Of a stretch of 64,000 bases of DNA, positions 28,180-38,216 are shown in pieces. The DNA lies in assembly GCA_965237415.1 (NCBI GenBank), contig CBDEFM010000002.1, positions 2,368,001-2,432,000 of the forward strand, read 5' to 3'. Position numbers and translations under genes: made by a program. The notes beneath the pieces were generated by a model, which was not told the DNA's origin, searched no databases, and saw nothing but the letters and a program-made list of their open reading frames with translations. The stretch is from Alphaproteobacteria bacterium. Its GTDB lineage: Bacteria; Pseudomonadota; Alphaproteobacteria; UBA828. The first letter of the stretch is position 1; each line of letters opens with the position of its first letter.

Positions 28180-29235
28180 ATGGCGCACTACCGAATTGCG
28201 GTCATTCCGGGCGATGGCATCGGCAACGAGGTCATGCCGGAGGCGATGCGGGTGCTGGAGGCCGCCGGCCGGCGCTTCGGCGTGCGGTTCGATTGGCAGC
28301 ATTTTGACTGGAACTGCGAGACCTACGGCAAGACCGGGCGCATGATGCCGGAGGACGGGATCGAGGTGCTGCGCCCGTTCGATGCGATCCTGCTGGGCGC
28401 GGTTGGCTTCCCCGGCGTGCCGGACCATGTGTCGCTCTGGGGCCTCCTGATCCCGCTGCGCCGGGCCTTTCGGCAATACGTCAATCTGCGCCCGATCAAG
28501 CTGCTCAAGGGTGTTAGCTCGCCGCTTGCAGGCCGTGGCCAGGCCGACATCGACTTCGTCATCGTCCGCGAGAACAACGAGGGCGAGTATTCGGAGATGG
28601 GCGGGCGGATCTACGCCGGCACCGAGCAGGAAGCGGTGGTGCAGGAGAGTGTCTTCACCCGCCAGGGCGTCGACCGGGTGATGCGCTACGCCTTCGAGCT
28701 CGCCCGCACAAGGCAGGGCCGCGTCGCCTCGGCGACCAAGTCGAACGGAATCATCCACACCATGCCCTATTGGGACGAGCGCTTCGCCGTCGCCGCCGCG
28801 CAGTACCCGGACGTGGAGACCGAGAGCTACCATATCGATATCCTGAGCGCGCACTTCGTGCAGCATCCGGACTGGTTCGACGTGGTGGTGGGCAGCAACC
28901 TGTTCGGCGATATCCTCTCGGATCTCGGCGCGGCGGTGGCCGGCGGCATGGGGCTCGCGCCGGCGGCCAATCTCAACCCGGACCGCGAGCATCCTTCCAT
29001 GTTCGAGCCGGTCCACGGGTCTGCGCCGGACATCGCGGGGCGCGGCATCGCCAACCCGGTCGCGATGATCTGGACCGGCGCGATGATGGTGGACCATCTC
29101 GGCCATGGCGATGCGGCGCGCGCCATAGAAGGCGCCATCGAGACGGTGCTCGCCGCCGGCGCTCCCCTTACCCCCGACCTCGGCGGCAGCGCCAGCACCG
29201 AAGAGCTCGGCAAAGCCGTCGCTGCGGCACTCTGA
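28180..29235 (+). CDS. Tartrate dehydrogenase / D-malate dehydrogenase (decarboxylating)
   Basis: IPGDGIG, VPDHVSLWGLL, ATKSNG, SMFEPVHGSAPDI. Confidence 0.92.
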   Translation: MAHYRIAVIPGDGIGNEVMPEAMRVLEAAGRRFGVRFDWQHFDWNCETYGKTGRMMPEDGIEVLRPFDAILLGAVGFPGVPDHVSLWGLLIPLRRAFRQYVNLRPIKLLKGVSSPLAGRGQADIDFVIVRENNEGEYSEMGGRIYAGTEQEAVVQESVFTRQGVDRVMRYAFELARTRQGRVASATKSNGIIHTMPYWDERFAVAAAQYPDVETESYHIDILSAHFVQHPDWFDVVVGSNLFGDILSDLGAAVAGGMGLAPAANLNPDREHPSMFEPVHGSAPDIAGRGIANPVAMIWTGAMMVDHLGHGDAARAIEGAIETVLAAGAPLTPDLGGSASTEELGKAVAAAL

Positions 29236-29419
29236 GCCGGGCGCTGCCCTTGATAATGGCCGCCAGATTGTGTTGTGAGGGGTTGGGGGTTTCCCGACGC
29301 GGACATCCGGAATCACTGGAGGCTTGACCATCGGCGCCAAAGCCCATCGACAGACGCACGTGCGAGGGGCGGCGGAGTGCTCCACACCCCTGTCAGCTCT
29401 TCGAAAGGAGGCTCATGCC

Positions 29420-29995
29420 ATGATCAAACGCGCTCTGGGGACCGCTCTCGCGGCGGCCGCCCTCATGGTCTCGGCCGCAGCGAGCCAAGCCGCCGACTAC
29501 AGGATCGATTCGGCGCACAGCTTCGTTCAGTTCAAGATCTCGCACCTGGGATACGCGTGGATGATCGGCAGCTTCGAAAAGGTGTCCGGCAGCTTCACGT
29601 TCGATCTCGACGCGGGGCCGGAGGGACAGACGGTCTCGGTCGAAATCGACACGGCCAGCGTCGATACAAATCACGCCGAACGCGACAAGCATCTGCGTTC
29701 GGCCGACTTCCTGAACGTCGACGAATTCCCCACGGCGACCTTTGTCAGCACCGGGTATGAAGGCGATGCCGAAGGCGGCACGATCATGGGCGACTTGACG
29801 CTGCACGGCGTCACCAAGCCTATCGCCATCGCCGTGAAGAAAGTGGGCGCAGGAAAGGACCCCTGGGGCGGCTACCGCGCCGGTTTCGACGGCACGGTGT
29901 CGCTGACGCGCAAGGATTTCGGCATGGGCTACAACCTGGGGCCTGCGTCCGAATCCATGGACCTCTTCCTCTTTATCGAGGGAGTCCGCCAATAG
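29420..29995 (+). CDS. YceI family periplasmic polyisoprenoid-binding protein
   Basis: Signal peptide, RDKHLRSADF, GDLTLHGVTK, DPWGGYRAGF. Confidence 0.93.
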   Translation: MIKRALGTALAAAALMVSAAASQAADYRIDSAHSFVQFKISHLGYAWMIGSFEKVSGSFTFDLDAGPEGQTVSVEIDTASVDTNHAERDKHLRSADFLNVDEFPTATFVSTGYEGDAEGGTIMGDLTLHGVTKPIAIAVKKVGAGKDPWGGYRAGFDGTVSLTRKDFGMGYNLGPASESMDLFLFIEGVRQ

Positions 29996-30029
29996 CCTCA
30001 ACGTGAGAGCGGACATCTGCGGAACGACC

Positions 30030-30608
30030 ATGTGGAGGAGCGGCAAAGACCACTACGGGATCGTTTCTTCGGGCTTCCACTGGGCCATTGCCCTCGCCAT
30101 CGTCGGACTCGTCGGGCTCGGGGCCTGGATGGTCGGGCTCACCTACTACGATCCCTGGTACTACGATTCTCTCGCGCTCCATAAGGCAATCGGGATCGTG
30201 GTTCTGGCGCTCGCGTTGGCCAAGTTCGGCTGGAAGCTCGTCGATCGAAACCCTGGATTCGGGCCGGAGGTGAAGCCCCATGAACGCGCCGGCGCCACTG
30301 CGATGCATTGGCTCCTGAACGCGCTCATGGTCCTGCTACCGGTCACCGGTTACCTGATCTCGACCTCGGAAGGTGCCGGTATCGACATGTTCGGGCTCTT
30401 CGATGTGCCTGCGCTCGTCGATGTAACGGCGGAAACCCGCGACCTCGCCATCGACATCCATTTCTATGTTGCATACGGGGGTATCGCCTTGGTTGGGATG
30501 CACATCATTGCGGCGCTCAAGCACCATTTCGTCGATCGGGGATCGACGCTGAGACGCATGCTGATCCCGCGCTCCCGCTCTCCGTCGGCCGAGAAATCGG
30601 TGAAGTAG
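30030..30608 (+). CDS. Cytochrome b561 (YceJ-like)
   Basis: FHWAIA, LHKAIG, MHWLL, HIIAALKHHF; adjacent to yceI. Confidence 0.9.
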   Translation: MWRSGKDHYGIVSSGFHWAIALAIVGLVGLGAWMVGLTYYDPWYYDSLALHKAIGIVVLALALAKFGWKLVDRNPGFGPEVKPHERAGATAMHWLLNALMVLLPVTGYLISTSEGAGIDMFGLFDVPALVDVTAETRDLAIDIHFYVAYGGIALVGMHIIAALKHHFVDRGSTLRRMLIPRSRSPSAEKSVK

Positions 30609-30719
30609 AGGCGGGTCCGGGCGGGGATCGAGACCGTCATGGCGATCCGGTCGACCATTCGGCCGAGACCGCGTATTTGCCGCAAGACGTGACGCCAAGA
30701 CAGACATTGCCGGAGACCG

Positions 30720-31170
30720 ATGGCCGACTTCCCGGGGTATCTCCTGAATGGCTACCGCTCGTTCAAGGACAGCCGGTATGCTCGGGAACACGGCCGTTAC
30801 CGCTCGCTCGCCGAGCACGGGCAGACGCCAGAGGTCATGGTCATCGCCTGCTGCGATTCCCGGTCGGCGCCGGAAACCATTTTCGATGCCGCGCCGGGCG
30901 AGATTTTCGTCGCCCGCAATGTCGCCAACCTGGTGCCGCCCTATGAGCCGGACGGCGCCTACCACGGCACCTCTGCCGCGCTCAAGTTCGCCGTGCAGAG
31001 CCTCAAGGTCCGGCACATCGTCGTGCTTGGCCACGGGCGCTGCGGCGGTATCCGCACAGCATTGGACCCGGCGGCGGAACCCTTGTCTCCGGGTGACTTC
31101 ATCGGCAAGTGGATGAAGCTGCTCCGGCCCACCGCCGACGAGATCGCGGCTGGCGCCCGGCTGACGGATG
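30720..31170 (+). pseudogene. Beta-carbonic anhydrase truncated by an IS end
   Basis: ACCDSR, RNVANLVP, GHGRCGG present; sequence switches to an IS terminus at 31171. Confidence 0.85.
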
Positions 31171-31233
31171 CGGAGACACCAAACCGGACAACTCGTATGC
31201 TACCTAACCCGGACAAATCATGTGCTAGCGACA
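31171..31233 (-). mobile_element. Orphan left end of an IS1202/ISNCY element (type B), inverted
   Basis: About 61/63 identical to the reverse complement of the left end of the element at 32671 once the MITE is removed. Confidence 0.85.
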
Positions 31234-31251
31234 CACCGGGGCCACGTGTGC

Positions 31252-32652
31252 TGTCGAGAACATTTTGAGTTGGCCGGTTTATGTACCATATGAGTTGACC
31301 GCTTCTGTTGTTGCTGGCCCTGTGGGGAAGTGGTCGGGCGCGGCGCGGCTGTCCACTTGTCCACAGGGCACCGGCGGGCTGCGTCGAAGCGGATCACGCG
31401 GCCTGCCGGGTTTGGCTGTCGATGGGCTCGCCGTCGGCGTTGTAGCGGGCCAAGCATCTGGGGCCGTGGAAGAGGGCGAGGGTTCCGTCTGGATACTCGT
31501 GCACCCTGACCCTTGCCTTGACGTAGTGGTGGCGATGGCGGGCGGGTGGGATCTGCAGGCTCAGGCCGTGGTAGCGCACGGTGTTGTCGTTGCCGACGGT
31601 GCGCTCCTGCTGCACGCAGAGGATGTCGTCGAGCGCGCCTGCGAAGGGCACGAAGGCGGAGCCCTTGTCCTCGGCCGGGGTTGCGAAGCGGGCGTTGTGG
31701 AGCGGCAGGTAGAGCTCCCTGAGGAAGCGGTTGGCCTCGGCCATCTCGGTGATGCCGGCGAGCCTGAGTTCCTGGGGCAGGCGTTTCTGCAAGGTCCCGA
31801 ACATGCGCTCGGAGCGCGCCCTGGCCTCGGGCGAATAGGCCGCGATCGGCTCGATGTCGAGCTGCTGAAGCGCACGGCCGACCTGGGTCGGCTTGTCCTT
31901 GTCCACCGTGCCGCCGGCCTCGGGCGTGTGCCAGTAGTGGCTGGCCCGGTCGGCGTAGAGCGAGCAGAACAGGCCCTTGGCCCGGATCGCCTCGGACAGC
32001 GCCCGGAAACTCGACATCGTACCCTCCTCGTCGACGAAGAAGGCCGAGTAGATCTCGCTGGTGGCGTCGTCCATGGTCACGATCAGGTCCCACCGGCGGC
32101 CCGGCACCCACGCGTGGTGCGAGCCGTCCTGGTGCAGCATCATGCCGGGAAGCGCACGGCGCGGCCGCTTGCGCCGGTGCGCGCCGCGCCGGGGCGCAGC
32201 CCGCATGCGCCCACGTGCCTGCAAGGTCAGGCGCACCCAGTTGTAGCTGCGCTCGCAGTCGTGCTCGGCGACCAGCTTCTCGTGGAAGTGCTTGGCCGTG
32301 AAGTCCCAGTAGCGGGTGTCGAACAACTCCAGCACCCGCGCCACCTCGTCCGCCGGCGCGCGCCGGGCCGAGACCCGGCCCAGGCGGTGGTCGTAGAGAC
32401 CGTCGGCGCCCTCCGCCTCGTAGCGCTCGCGCCAGCGCCGGAAGGTCCGTTCCGACACGCCCAGCACCTCCGCCGCCTCGGCCTGGCTCAACAGCCGTGA
32501 CCTGGTCCGCCCATACACCTCCTCGAACTTCATCAATCTCAGTCCCTGTGCCTGCTCCGTCCGACGCATCCAAACCCTCCTTGGTCTGGATGCCTTCTAA
32601 AACCGGACAGATCATCTGGTACATAGACCGGACATATCCTGTGTTACCGACA
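31252..32652 (-). mobile_element. IS1202-family (ISNCY) element type A, copy 1
   Basis: TGT...ACA ends with repeated accggaca boxes; flanked by imperfect 18-bp repeats (15/18). Confidence 0.88.
31394..32569 (-). CDS. ISNCY/IS1202 DDE transposase
   Basis: HTH AAEVLGVSERTFRRW, HQDGS, MDDATSEI, LYADRAS, SERMFGTLQ. Confidence 0.93.
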   Translation of the reverse strand: MRRTEQAQGLRLMKFEEVYGRTRSRLLSQAEAAEVLGVSERTFRRWRERYEAEGADGLYDHRLGRVSARRAPADEVARVLELFDTRYWDFTAKHFHEKLVAEHDCERSYNWVRLTLQARGRMRAAPRRGAHRRKRPRRALPGMMLHQDGSHHAWVPGRRWDLIVTMDDATSEIYSAFFVDEEGTMSSFRALSEAIRAKGLFCSLYADRASHYWHTPEAGGTVDKDKPTQVGRALQQLDIEPIAAYSPEARARSERMFGTLQKRLPQELRLAGITEMAEANRFLRELYLPLHNARFATPAEDKGSAFVPFAGALDDILCVQQERTVGNDNTVRYHGLSLQIPPARHRHHYVKARVRVHEYPDGTLALFHGPRCLARYNADGEPIDSQTRQAA

Positions 32653-32675
32653 CACCGGGGGCACGCATGCTGTCG

Positions 32676-32808
32676 CTAGTCACCTGAATCTGAAGTTCGC
32701 CACATAAAGACAACTATATTGCACGACCACATTCTTCGACAATAGAGCGACTTAGTGTGACGACACTGCCAATTGAAAATGATCTCAACTTCAGTGTCAG
32801 GTGACTAG
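32676..32808. mobile_element. 133-bp MITE, copy 2
   Basis: Identical to 10012-10144; inserted at the CTAG inside the IS terminal repeat. Confidence 0.92.
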
Positions 32809-32877
32809 CACATGATGTGTCCGGGTTAGGTAGCACACGAGTTGTCCGGTTTGGTGTCTCCGTGGGGAGGGACCGCG

Positions 32878-34062
32878 ATGAGCCGGACGACGTTGCTACA
32901 GGAACGCAGGATGCAGACGTTTCAGAATGTGCTGGGGCACTGGCAGGCACGGCGCCTGTCTGCGCTGGAGGCGGCGGAGATGCTGGGGATGAGCGAGCGG
33001 AGCTTCCGCCGCTATCGACGACGCTACGAGGAAGAGGGTGTCTACGGCCTCGTCGGCCGCAGGCTCGGCGAGGCGTCTGCGCGCCGCGTGCCGACCGATC
33101 AGGTGACCTGGGTGCTCGACGAGTACCGCACCCGTTACCGGGGCTGGACGGTCAAGCACTTCCACGACCATCTGCGCGACCGCCACGGCTTCGTCTGGAG
33201 CTATACCTGGACCAAGACCGCCCTGCAGCGCGCAGGCCTGGTGTCCAAGGCACCCAGGCGCGGCGCCCACCGCCGCAGGCGCCAGCGCAAGCCCTGCATC
33301 GGCATGATGCTTCATCAGGACGGCTCGCGCCATGAATGGCTTGCTGGCCAGCCCCCGCTCGACCTCATCGTCACCATGGACGACGCCACCAGCGAGATCT
33401 ACTCGGCCTTCCTGGTCGAGGAGGAAGGCACCGCGTCCACCTTCCGCGCGCTCAAGCAGGTGTTCCGCGCCAAGGGCCTGCCCAGCAGCCTCTATACCGA
33501 CCGCGCCAGCCACTACTTCCACACGCCTGAGGCCGGCGGCAAAGTCGCCAAGGATCAACGCACCCAGGTCGGCCGCGCCCTCCACCAGCTCGGCATCGAG
33601 CACATCGCTGCCTATTCGCCCGAGGCCCGCGGCCGCTCCGAGCGCGCCTTCGGCACCCTCCAGGACCGCCTCGTCAAGGAACTGGCGTTGGCGGGGATCG
33701 CAACGGTCGAAGCCGCCGACCGCTTCATCGCAGGCACCTACCTGCCCGACCACAATCGCCGCTTCGCCACCCCGCCCGAACTCGAAGACAGCGCCTTCGT
33801 GCCCCTCGAACACCCCGGCCAGATCGACGACATCCTCTGTCGCCGCACAGACCGCACGGTCGCCCGCGACAACACCGTGCGCTACGAAAGGCGCGTCCTC
33901 CAGATCCCCGCTACCCCGGCCAGACACCACTACGTCAAGGCCACGGTCCGGGTCCATGAGTATCCGGACGGAACCCTCGCCCTCTTCCACGGGCCCCGAT
34001 GCCTCGCCCGCTACACCGCCAACGGCGAGCCCATCGAAACCCCAACCCGGCAGGCCGCGTGA
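32878..34062 (+). CDS. ISNCY/IS1202 DDE transposase (type B)
   Basis: MSRTTLLQE..., HQDGS, MDDATSEI, LYTDRAS, SERAFGTLQDRL; paralog of type A. Confidence 0.92.
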   Translation: MSRTTLLQERRMQTFQNVLGHWQARRLSALEAAEMLGMSERSFRRYRRRYEEEGVYGLVGRRLGEASARRVPTDQVTWVLDEYRTRYRGWTVKHFHDHLRDRHGFVWSYTWTKTALQRAGLVSKAPRRGAHRRRRQRKPCIGMMLHQDGSRHEWLAGQPPLDLIVTMDDATSEIYSAFLVEEEGTASTFRALKQVFRAKGLPSSLYTDRASHYFHTPEAGGKVAKDQRTQVGRALHQLGIEHIAAYSPEARGRSERAFGTLQDRLVKELALAGIATVEAADRFIAGTYLPDHNRRFATPPELEDSAFVPLEHPGQIDDILCRRTDRTVARDNTVRYERRVLQIPATPARHHYVKATVRVHEYPDGTLALFHGPRCLARYTANGEPIETPTRQAA

Positions 34063-34223
34063 GACGCTTCGACGCGACCGGCCGGCGCCCTGTGGACAAG
34101 TGGACAGCCGCGCCGCGCCTGACCACTTCCCCACAGGGCAAACCGCAACAACAGAAGCGGACAAATGATGTGCTACCTAAACCGGACAAATACACTTGCT
34201 AGCGACACCGGGGGCACGCATGC

Positions 34224-34251
34224 TTGACAGGGGGCCGGCGGGTGCTAGGGT
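34224..34251 (+). promoter_or_regulatory. Putative sigma70 promoter of the miaB operon
   Basis: TTGACA directly after the IS target repeat, followed by a gctagg -10-like element. Confidence 0.55.
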
Positions 34252-34333
34252 CGGCGACCTGCGAACGGGGTGGGGAGCGGCACGATTGGCGGGCCGCGCG
34301 GCCACCAGCGAGGCCCCGACGCACGGCGAGGCC

Positions 34334-35755
34334 GTGGCGAAAAAGCTTTACGTCAAGACCTTCGGCTGCCAGATGAACGTCTACGACTCTGCCCGCATGG
34401 CGGATGTCCTGGCGCCGCTCGGCTACCGCTCGACGACGGAGATCGAGGACGCCGATCTGGTCGTCCTCAACACCTGCCATATCCGCGAGAAGGCAGCGGA
34501 GAAAGTCTATTCCGAGCTCGGGCGGTTGCGCGCGTTGAAGCAGGCGCGCAAGCAGAGCGGCGGCGAGATGCTGCTCGCCGTTGCCGGCTGCGTCGCGCAG
34601 GCCGAGGGTGACGAGGTCGCAGCGCGTGCGCCCTACGTGGATATCGTCGTGGGCCCCCAGGCCTATCACCGGCTGCCTGCCATGGTGGCCCGCGCGTCCC
34701 GGGCACGCCGTACCGCCGTCGATACCACCATGCCGGCGGAATCGCGGTTCGATCATTTGCCGGAAGAGCTGGCCGGTCGGCAACCGGGGCGGGGGGTCTC
34801 GTCGTTCCTCACGATTCAGGAGGGGTGCGACCGCTTCTGCACCTTCTGCGTCGTGCCCTACACCCGCGGGGCCGAAGATTCGCGTCCCGCCGCTGCGGTC
34901 GAGGCCGAGGCGCGGCGCCTGGTCGCCGCCGGCGCGCGCGAGATCGTGCTGCTCGGCCAGAACGTCAACGCCTATCACGGCGCGGCCGGCGGAGCTGACG
35001 CGGGCGAGCTTGACCTGGCAGGGCTGATCGGCCGCCTGGCCGCGATAGAGGGGCTCGAGCGGCTGCGCTACACCACCTCGCACCCACGCGACATGACGCC
35101 GGCGCTGATCCGCGCTCACGGCGCTGAGCCGAAGCTGATGCCCTTCCTGCATCTGCCGGTGCAGTCGGGATCCGACCGCGTGCTTGCCGCCATGAATCGA
35201 GGCCACACCGCCGATCGGTACCTGCGTCTGGTGGAGACGCTGCGCGCCGAACAGCCTGGGATTGCGCTCTCCAGCGACTTCATTGTGGGCTTCCCCGGCG
35301 AGACCGAGGCGGATTTCGCGGCGACGCTGGCGCTCGTGCGCGAGGTCGAGTACGCGCAGGCCTTCTCGTTCAAGTACAGCCCCCGCCCCGGCACCCCGGC
35401 AGCCGAGCGCGACGATCGCGTTCCAAATGAGGTTGCGGCCGAGCGCTTGAGCCGCTTGCAGCGCTTGCTCGACGATCAGAAGCGGCGCTTCAACGCGAGC
35501 ATGGTGGGGCAGGCGCTCCCGGTCCTGTTCGAGAAGCGCGGCCGCCACGCCGGCCAGGTCGCCGGACGCACGCCGTTCATGCAGTGGCTCCACGTCGACG
35601 GCGACGACGCTTTGATCGGCACCGTCGCCGAGGCGACCGTAATCGAGGCATCGCCCAACGGTCTCGGCGGTGCCCTGGCGGGCTCTGCCGCTGTGCCTGT
35701 CAGGGCGCATGGCGACGGCACCTGCGTGGATGCCATCGGAGGCGTTCCCGCGTGA
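34334..35755 (+). CDS. miaB: tRNA-2-methylthio-N6-dimethylallyladenosine synthase
   Basis: [41 protein letters not shown] domain. Confidence 0.97.
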   Translation: MAKKLYVKTFGCQMNVYDSARMADVLAPLGYRSTTEIEDADLVVLNTCHIREKAAEKVYSELGRLRALKQARKQSGGEMLLAVAGCVAQAEGDEVAARAPYVDIVVGPQAYHRLPAMVARASRARRTAVDTTMPAESRFDHLPEELAGRQPGRGVSSFLTIQEGCDRFCTFCVVPYTRGAEDSRPAAAVEAEARRLVAAGAREIVLLGQNVNAYHGAAGGADAGELDLAGLIGRLAAIEGLERLRYTTSHPRDMTPALIRAHGAEPKLMPFLHLPVQSGSDRVLAAMNRGHTADRYLRLVETLRAEQPGIALSSDFIVGFPGETEADFAATLALVREVEYAQAFSFKYSPRPGTPAAERDDRVPNEVAAERLSRLQRLLDDQKRRFNASMVGQALPVLFEKRGRHAGQVAGRTPFMQWLHVDGDDALIGTVAEATVIEASPNGLGGALAGSAAVPVRAHGDGTCVDAIGGVPA

Positions 35756-36813
35756 GTCGTCCCGCACCCGGGGCGCCGGGCGAGGCCGGCGCGCAGATTC
35801 GCTTCGACGACAATACCCTGCTGCCGCTCCTCTTCGGCGACCATGACCGCCATCTGGTGCGGATCGAACATGGGCTGGGCGTGGTCCTGCGCTCTCGCGG
35901 CAACGAGGTCGCGATCAGCGGTCCGCCCTCCTCGGTCGCGGCCACCGAGGCGGTGTTGCGCACACTCTACGACAAGCTGAAACAGGGACTGCCGATGGGT
36001 GGCGGTGAGGTCGAGGGGGCGATCCGCATGGCGATGGGGCCGGGCGCCGGGGGCGCGGCGAGCACGGCCGACGCGCGGGCCGAGCCCGAGTCCGGCCTCG
36101 TCCTCCGCACCCGCAAGCGTCCGGTCAGCCCGCGCTCACCGCGCCAGGCCGATTACGTGCGCGCGATGATGGACAACGATCTGGTGTTCGGGCTCGGCCC
36201 CGCCGGCACCGGCAAGACCTACCTCGCCGTGGCGATGGGGGTCTCGCTCTATCTCGCCGGCCGGGTCGAGCGCATCGTGCTGTCGCGGCCGGCTGTCGAA
36301 GCGGGCGAGCGCCTCGGCTTTCTCCCCGGCGACCTGAAGGACAAGATCGATCCTTATCTCCGCCCGCTCTACGACGCGCTGCACGACATGCTGCCTGCGG
36401 ATTTGGTCGCACGGCGCATAGACTCGGCGGAGATCGAAATCGCGCCACTCGCCTTCATGCGCGGGCGGACGCTCTCCCAAGCCTTCATCATCCTCGACGA
36501 GGCGCAGAACACGACGCCGCTGCAGATGAAGATGTTCCTCACCCGCCTCGGCGAGGGCTCGCGCATGGCCGTCACCGGAGACCTAACGCAAGTGGACCTC
36601 CCGGCCGGGGCCCGCTCGGGCCTCCGCCATGCCGTCTCGACGCTGGAGGGGCTGAGCGAGGTCGAATTCATCCGCTTCGGCACCGCCGACGTCATGCGCC
36701 ATTCCCTGGTGACCCGCATCCTTGAAGCCTATGACGCGGCAATCCCCGACGATGACCGAGATCGAGATCGCGATCAGCCTCCGCGATTCGGCGTGGTCGA
36801 CCGCTCTTCCTGA
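35752..36813 (+). CDS. phoH: PhoH family ATPase (YbeZ)
   Basis: [37 protein letters not shown]. Confidence 0.93.
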   Translation: MSRPAPGAPGEAGAQIRFDDNTLLPLLFGDHDRHLVRIEHGLGVVLRSRGNEVAISGPPSSVAATEAVLRTLYDKLKQGLPMGGGEVEGAIRMAMGPGAGGAASTADARAEPESGLVLRTRKRPVSPRSPRQADYVRAMMDNDLVFGLGPAGTGKTYLAVAMGVSLYLAGRVERIVLSRPAVEAGERLGFLPGDLKDKIDPYLRPLYDALHDMLPADLVARRIDSAEIEIAPLAFMRGRTLSQAFIILDEAQNTTPLQMKMFLTRLGEGSRMAVTGDLTQVDLPAGARSGLRHAVSTLEGLSEVEFIRFGTADVMRHSLVTRILEAYDAAIPDDDRDRDRDQPPRFGVVDRSS

Positions 36814-37246
36814 CGCCGCCGCCGTGGCCCGCCGCGCCGCCGTCGCAGCCCTGGAGGCCGTGGAAGGCCTGCCGGCCTCGGTCGAGCTCGGCGTGGTGCT
36901 TGCGGACGATTCGTTCGTGCGAACGCTCAACCGGACCTACCGGGGGCAGGATCGCGCGACGGACGTTCTTTCCTTCCCGATTCACGAGCAGCCCTGCCAC
37001 GCCGAGCCGCAGGCCGAGCAACCGCTGATGCTTGGCGATGTCGTGCTTGCCCGTGAGACCGTGCAGCGCGACAGCGGGTCCGCCGGCGTGGAACTCGCCG
37101 ATCGGGTAAGCCATCTGGTCGTCCATGGCGTGTTCCATCTGCTCGGCCACGACCACGACGAGCCAGTCGCCGAACGCCGCATGCGCGCACTCGAGTCCCA
37201 AACTCTATTGGCACTTGGCTTATGCGATCCCTACGTTAACCTGTGA
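36752..37246 (+). CDS. ybeY: rRNA maturation RNase YbeY
   Basis: TDVLSFP, LGDVVL, HLVVHGVFHLLGHDH. Confidence 0.95.
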   Translation: MTEIEIAISLRDSAWSTALPDAAAVARRAAVAALEAVEGLPASVELGVVLADDSFVRTLNRTYRGQDRATDVLSFPIHEQPCHAEPQAEQPLMLGDVVLARETVQRDSGSAGVELADRVSHLVVHGVFHLLGHDHDEPVAERRMRALESQTLLALGLCDPYVNL

Positions 37247-37289
37247 GAGTCCGAAATGCCCCGCGGCAGACGATCGCGGAGGCGGAACA

Positions 37290-38216
37290 ATGAGCGCCGA
37301 CGACAAACCTCCATCTAGCGGCGACAGTTCCAGCGGCGACCGAAGCGGGCGGGTTCGCGCGTCGGTCGTGAGCCTCATTGGCAATTGGCTGCGCAAGGGG
37401 CTCGGCCGCGGCAACGGCGTGTCCTGGCGCGAGTCCCTCGGCGAGGTCCTTGCGGAGGAAGAGATCGCCGAGCAGATCAGCCCCCACGAGCGCGACCTGC
37501 TGCGCAACCTTCTCCGCTTCGGCGGGCTGACAGCAGAAGACGCGATGGTGCCCCGCAACGACATCACGGCGGTCGAAATTTCCGCGACCCTCGACGAGGT
37601 CGTCGCCACGATCAAGGAGAAGGGCCATTCGCGTATGCCGCTCTATCGCGGCGATCTGGACGACATCGTCGGCATGATCCACATCCGCGACGTGATGCGC
37701 CATTGGGGCGAGGACGGCTCCTTCGACCTGAACGCAATCCGGCGTGACATCCTGTTCGTGCCCGAATCCATGCCGATCCCCGCGCTGCTCAAGGAAATGC
37801 GCGAGACCCGCCTGCATATGGCGGTGATCGTCGACGAATACGGCGGCACCCACGGCCTGGTCACGATCGAGGATGTGGTGGAGGAAATCGTCGGCGAAAT
37901 CGAGGACGAGCACGACGAGATCGAGGCTCCCGCCCTGATCCATCTCGACGACGGCGCGATGGAGGCGGACGCGCGCGTGCGGGTGGATGAGCTGGAGCGA
38001 CACCTGGCGGTCCGCTTGCTCGACGGTGACGAGGAGGACGCGGTCGACACCCTCGGCGGCCTCGTGTTCACGCTTGCCGAGCGGGTGCCGCGTACGGGCG
38101 AGCGAATCCGCCACCCGGCCGGCCTCACCTTCGACGTCCTGGAGGCCGACCCGCGGCGAATCAAGAGGCTCCGCGTCAGCCGTACCGAATCGCTCCCGGC
38201 GCACGGTCGCCTGTGA
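37290..38216 (+). CDS. corC: CBS/CorC-HlyC family protein
   Basis: MVPRNDI, HSRMPLY, VDEYGGTHGLVTIEDVVEEIVGEIEDEHD. Confidence 0.88.
   Translation: MSADDKPPSSGDSSSGDRSGRVRASVVSLIGNWLRKGLGRGNGVSWRESLGEVLAEEEIAEQISPHERDLLRNLLRFGGLTAEDAMVPRNDITAVEISATLDEVVATIKEKGHSRMPLYRGDLDDIVGMIHIRDVMRHWGEDGSFDLNAIRRDILFVPESMPIPALLKEMRETRLHMAVIVDEYGGTHGLVTIEDVVEEIVGEIEDEHDEIEAPALIHLDDGAMEADARVRVDELERHLAVRLLDGDEEDAVDTLGGLVFTLAERVPRTGERIRHPAGLTFDVLEADPRRIKRLRVSRTESLPAHGRL

Larger units (their letters stand above)
32671..34207 (+). mobile_element. IS1202-family (ISNCY) element type B with a MITE in its left end
   Basis: Ends tgtcgctag / ctagcgaca; perfect 16-bp DR ccgggggcacgcatgc at 32655-32670 and 34208-34223. 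Confidence 0.9.

Noticed and set aside
29236-29419. Possible riboswitch upstream of yceI
   Set aside because: No recognisable aptamer consensus by eye; an Rfam search would be needed.
34090-34138. DnaA-box-like tgtggacaa in hairpins (also near 31357 and 50497)
   Set aside because: Part of the conserved 3' stem-loop inside the IS1202-type elements, not a replication origin.
36752-36813. DDDRDRDRD repeat at the PhoH C-terminus
   Set aside because: A by-product of the 62-bp overlap with the ybeY start (MTEIEIAI), not a separate feature.
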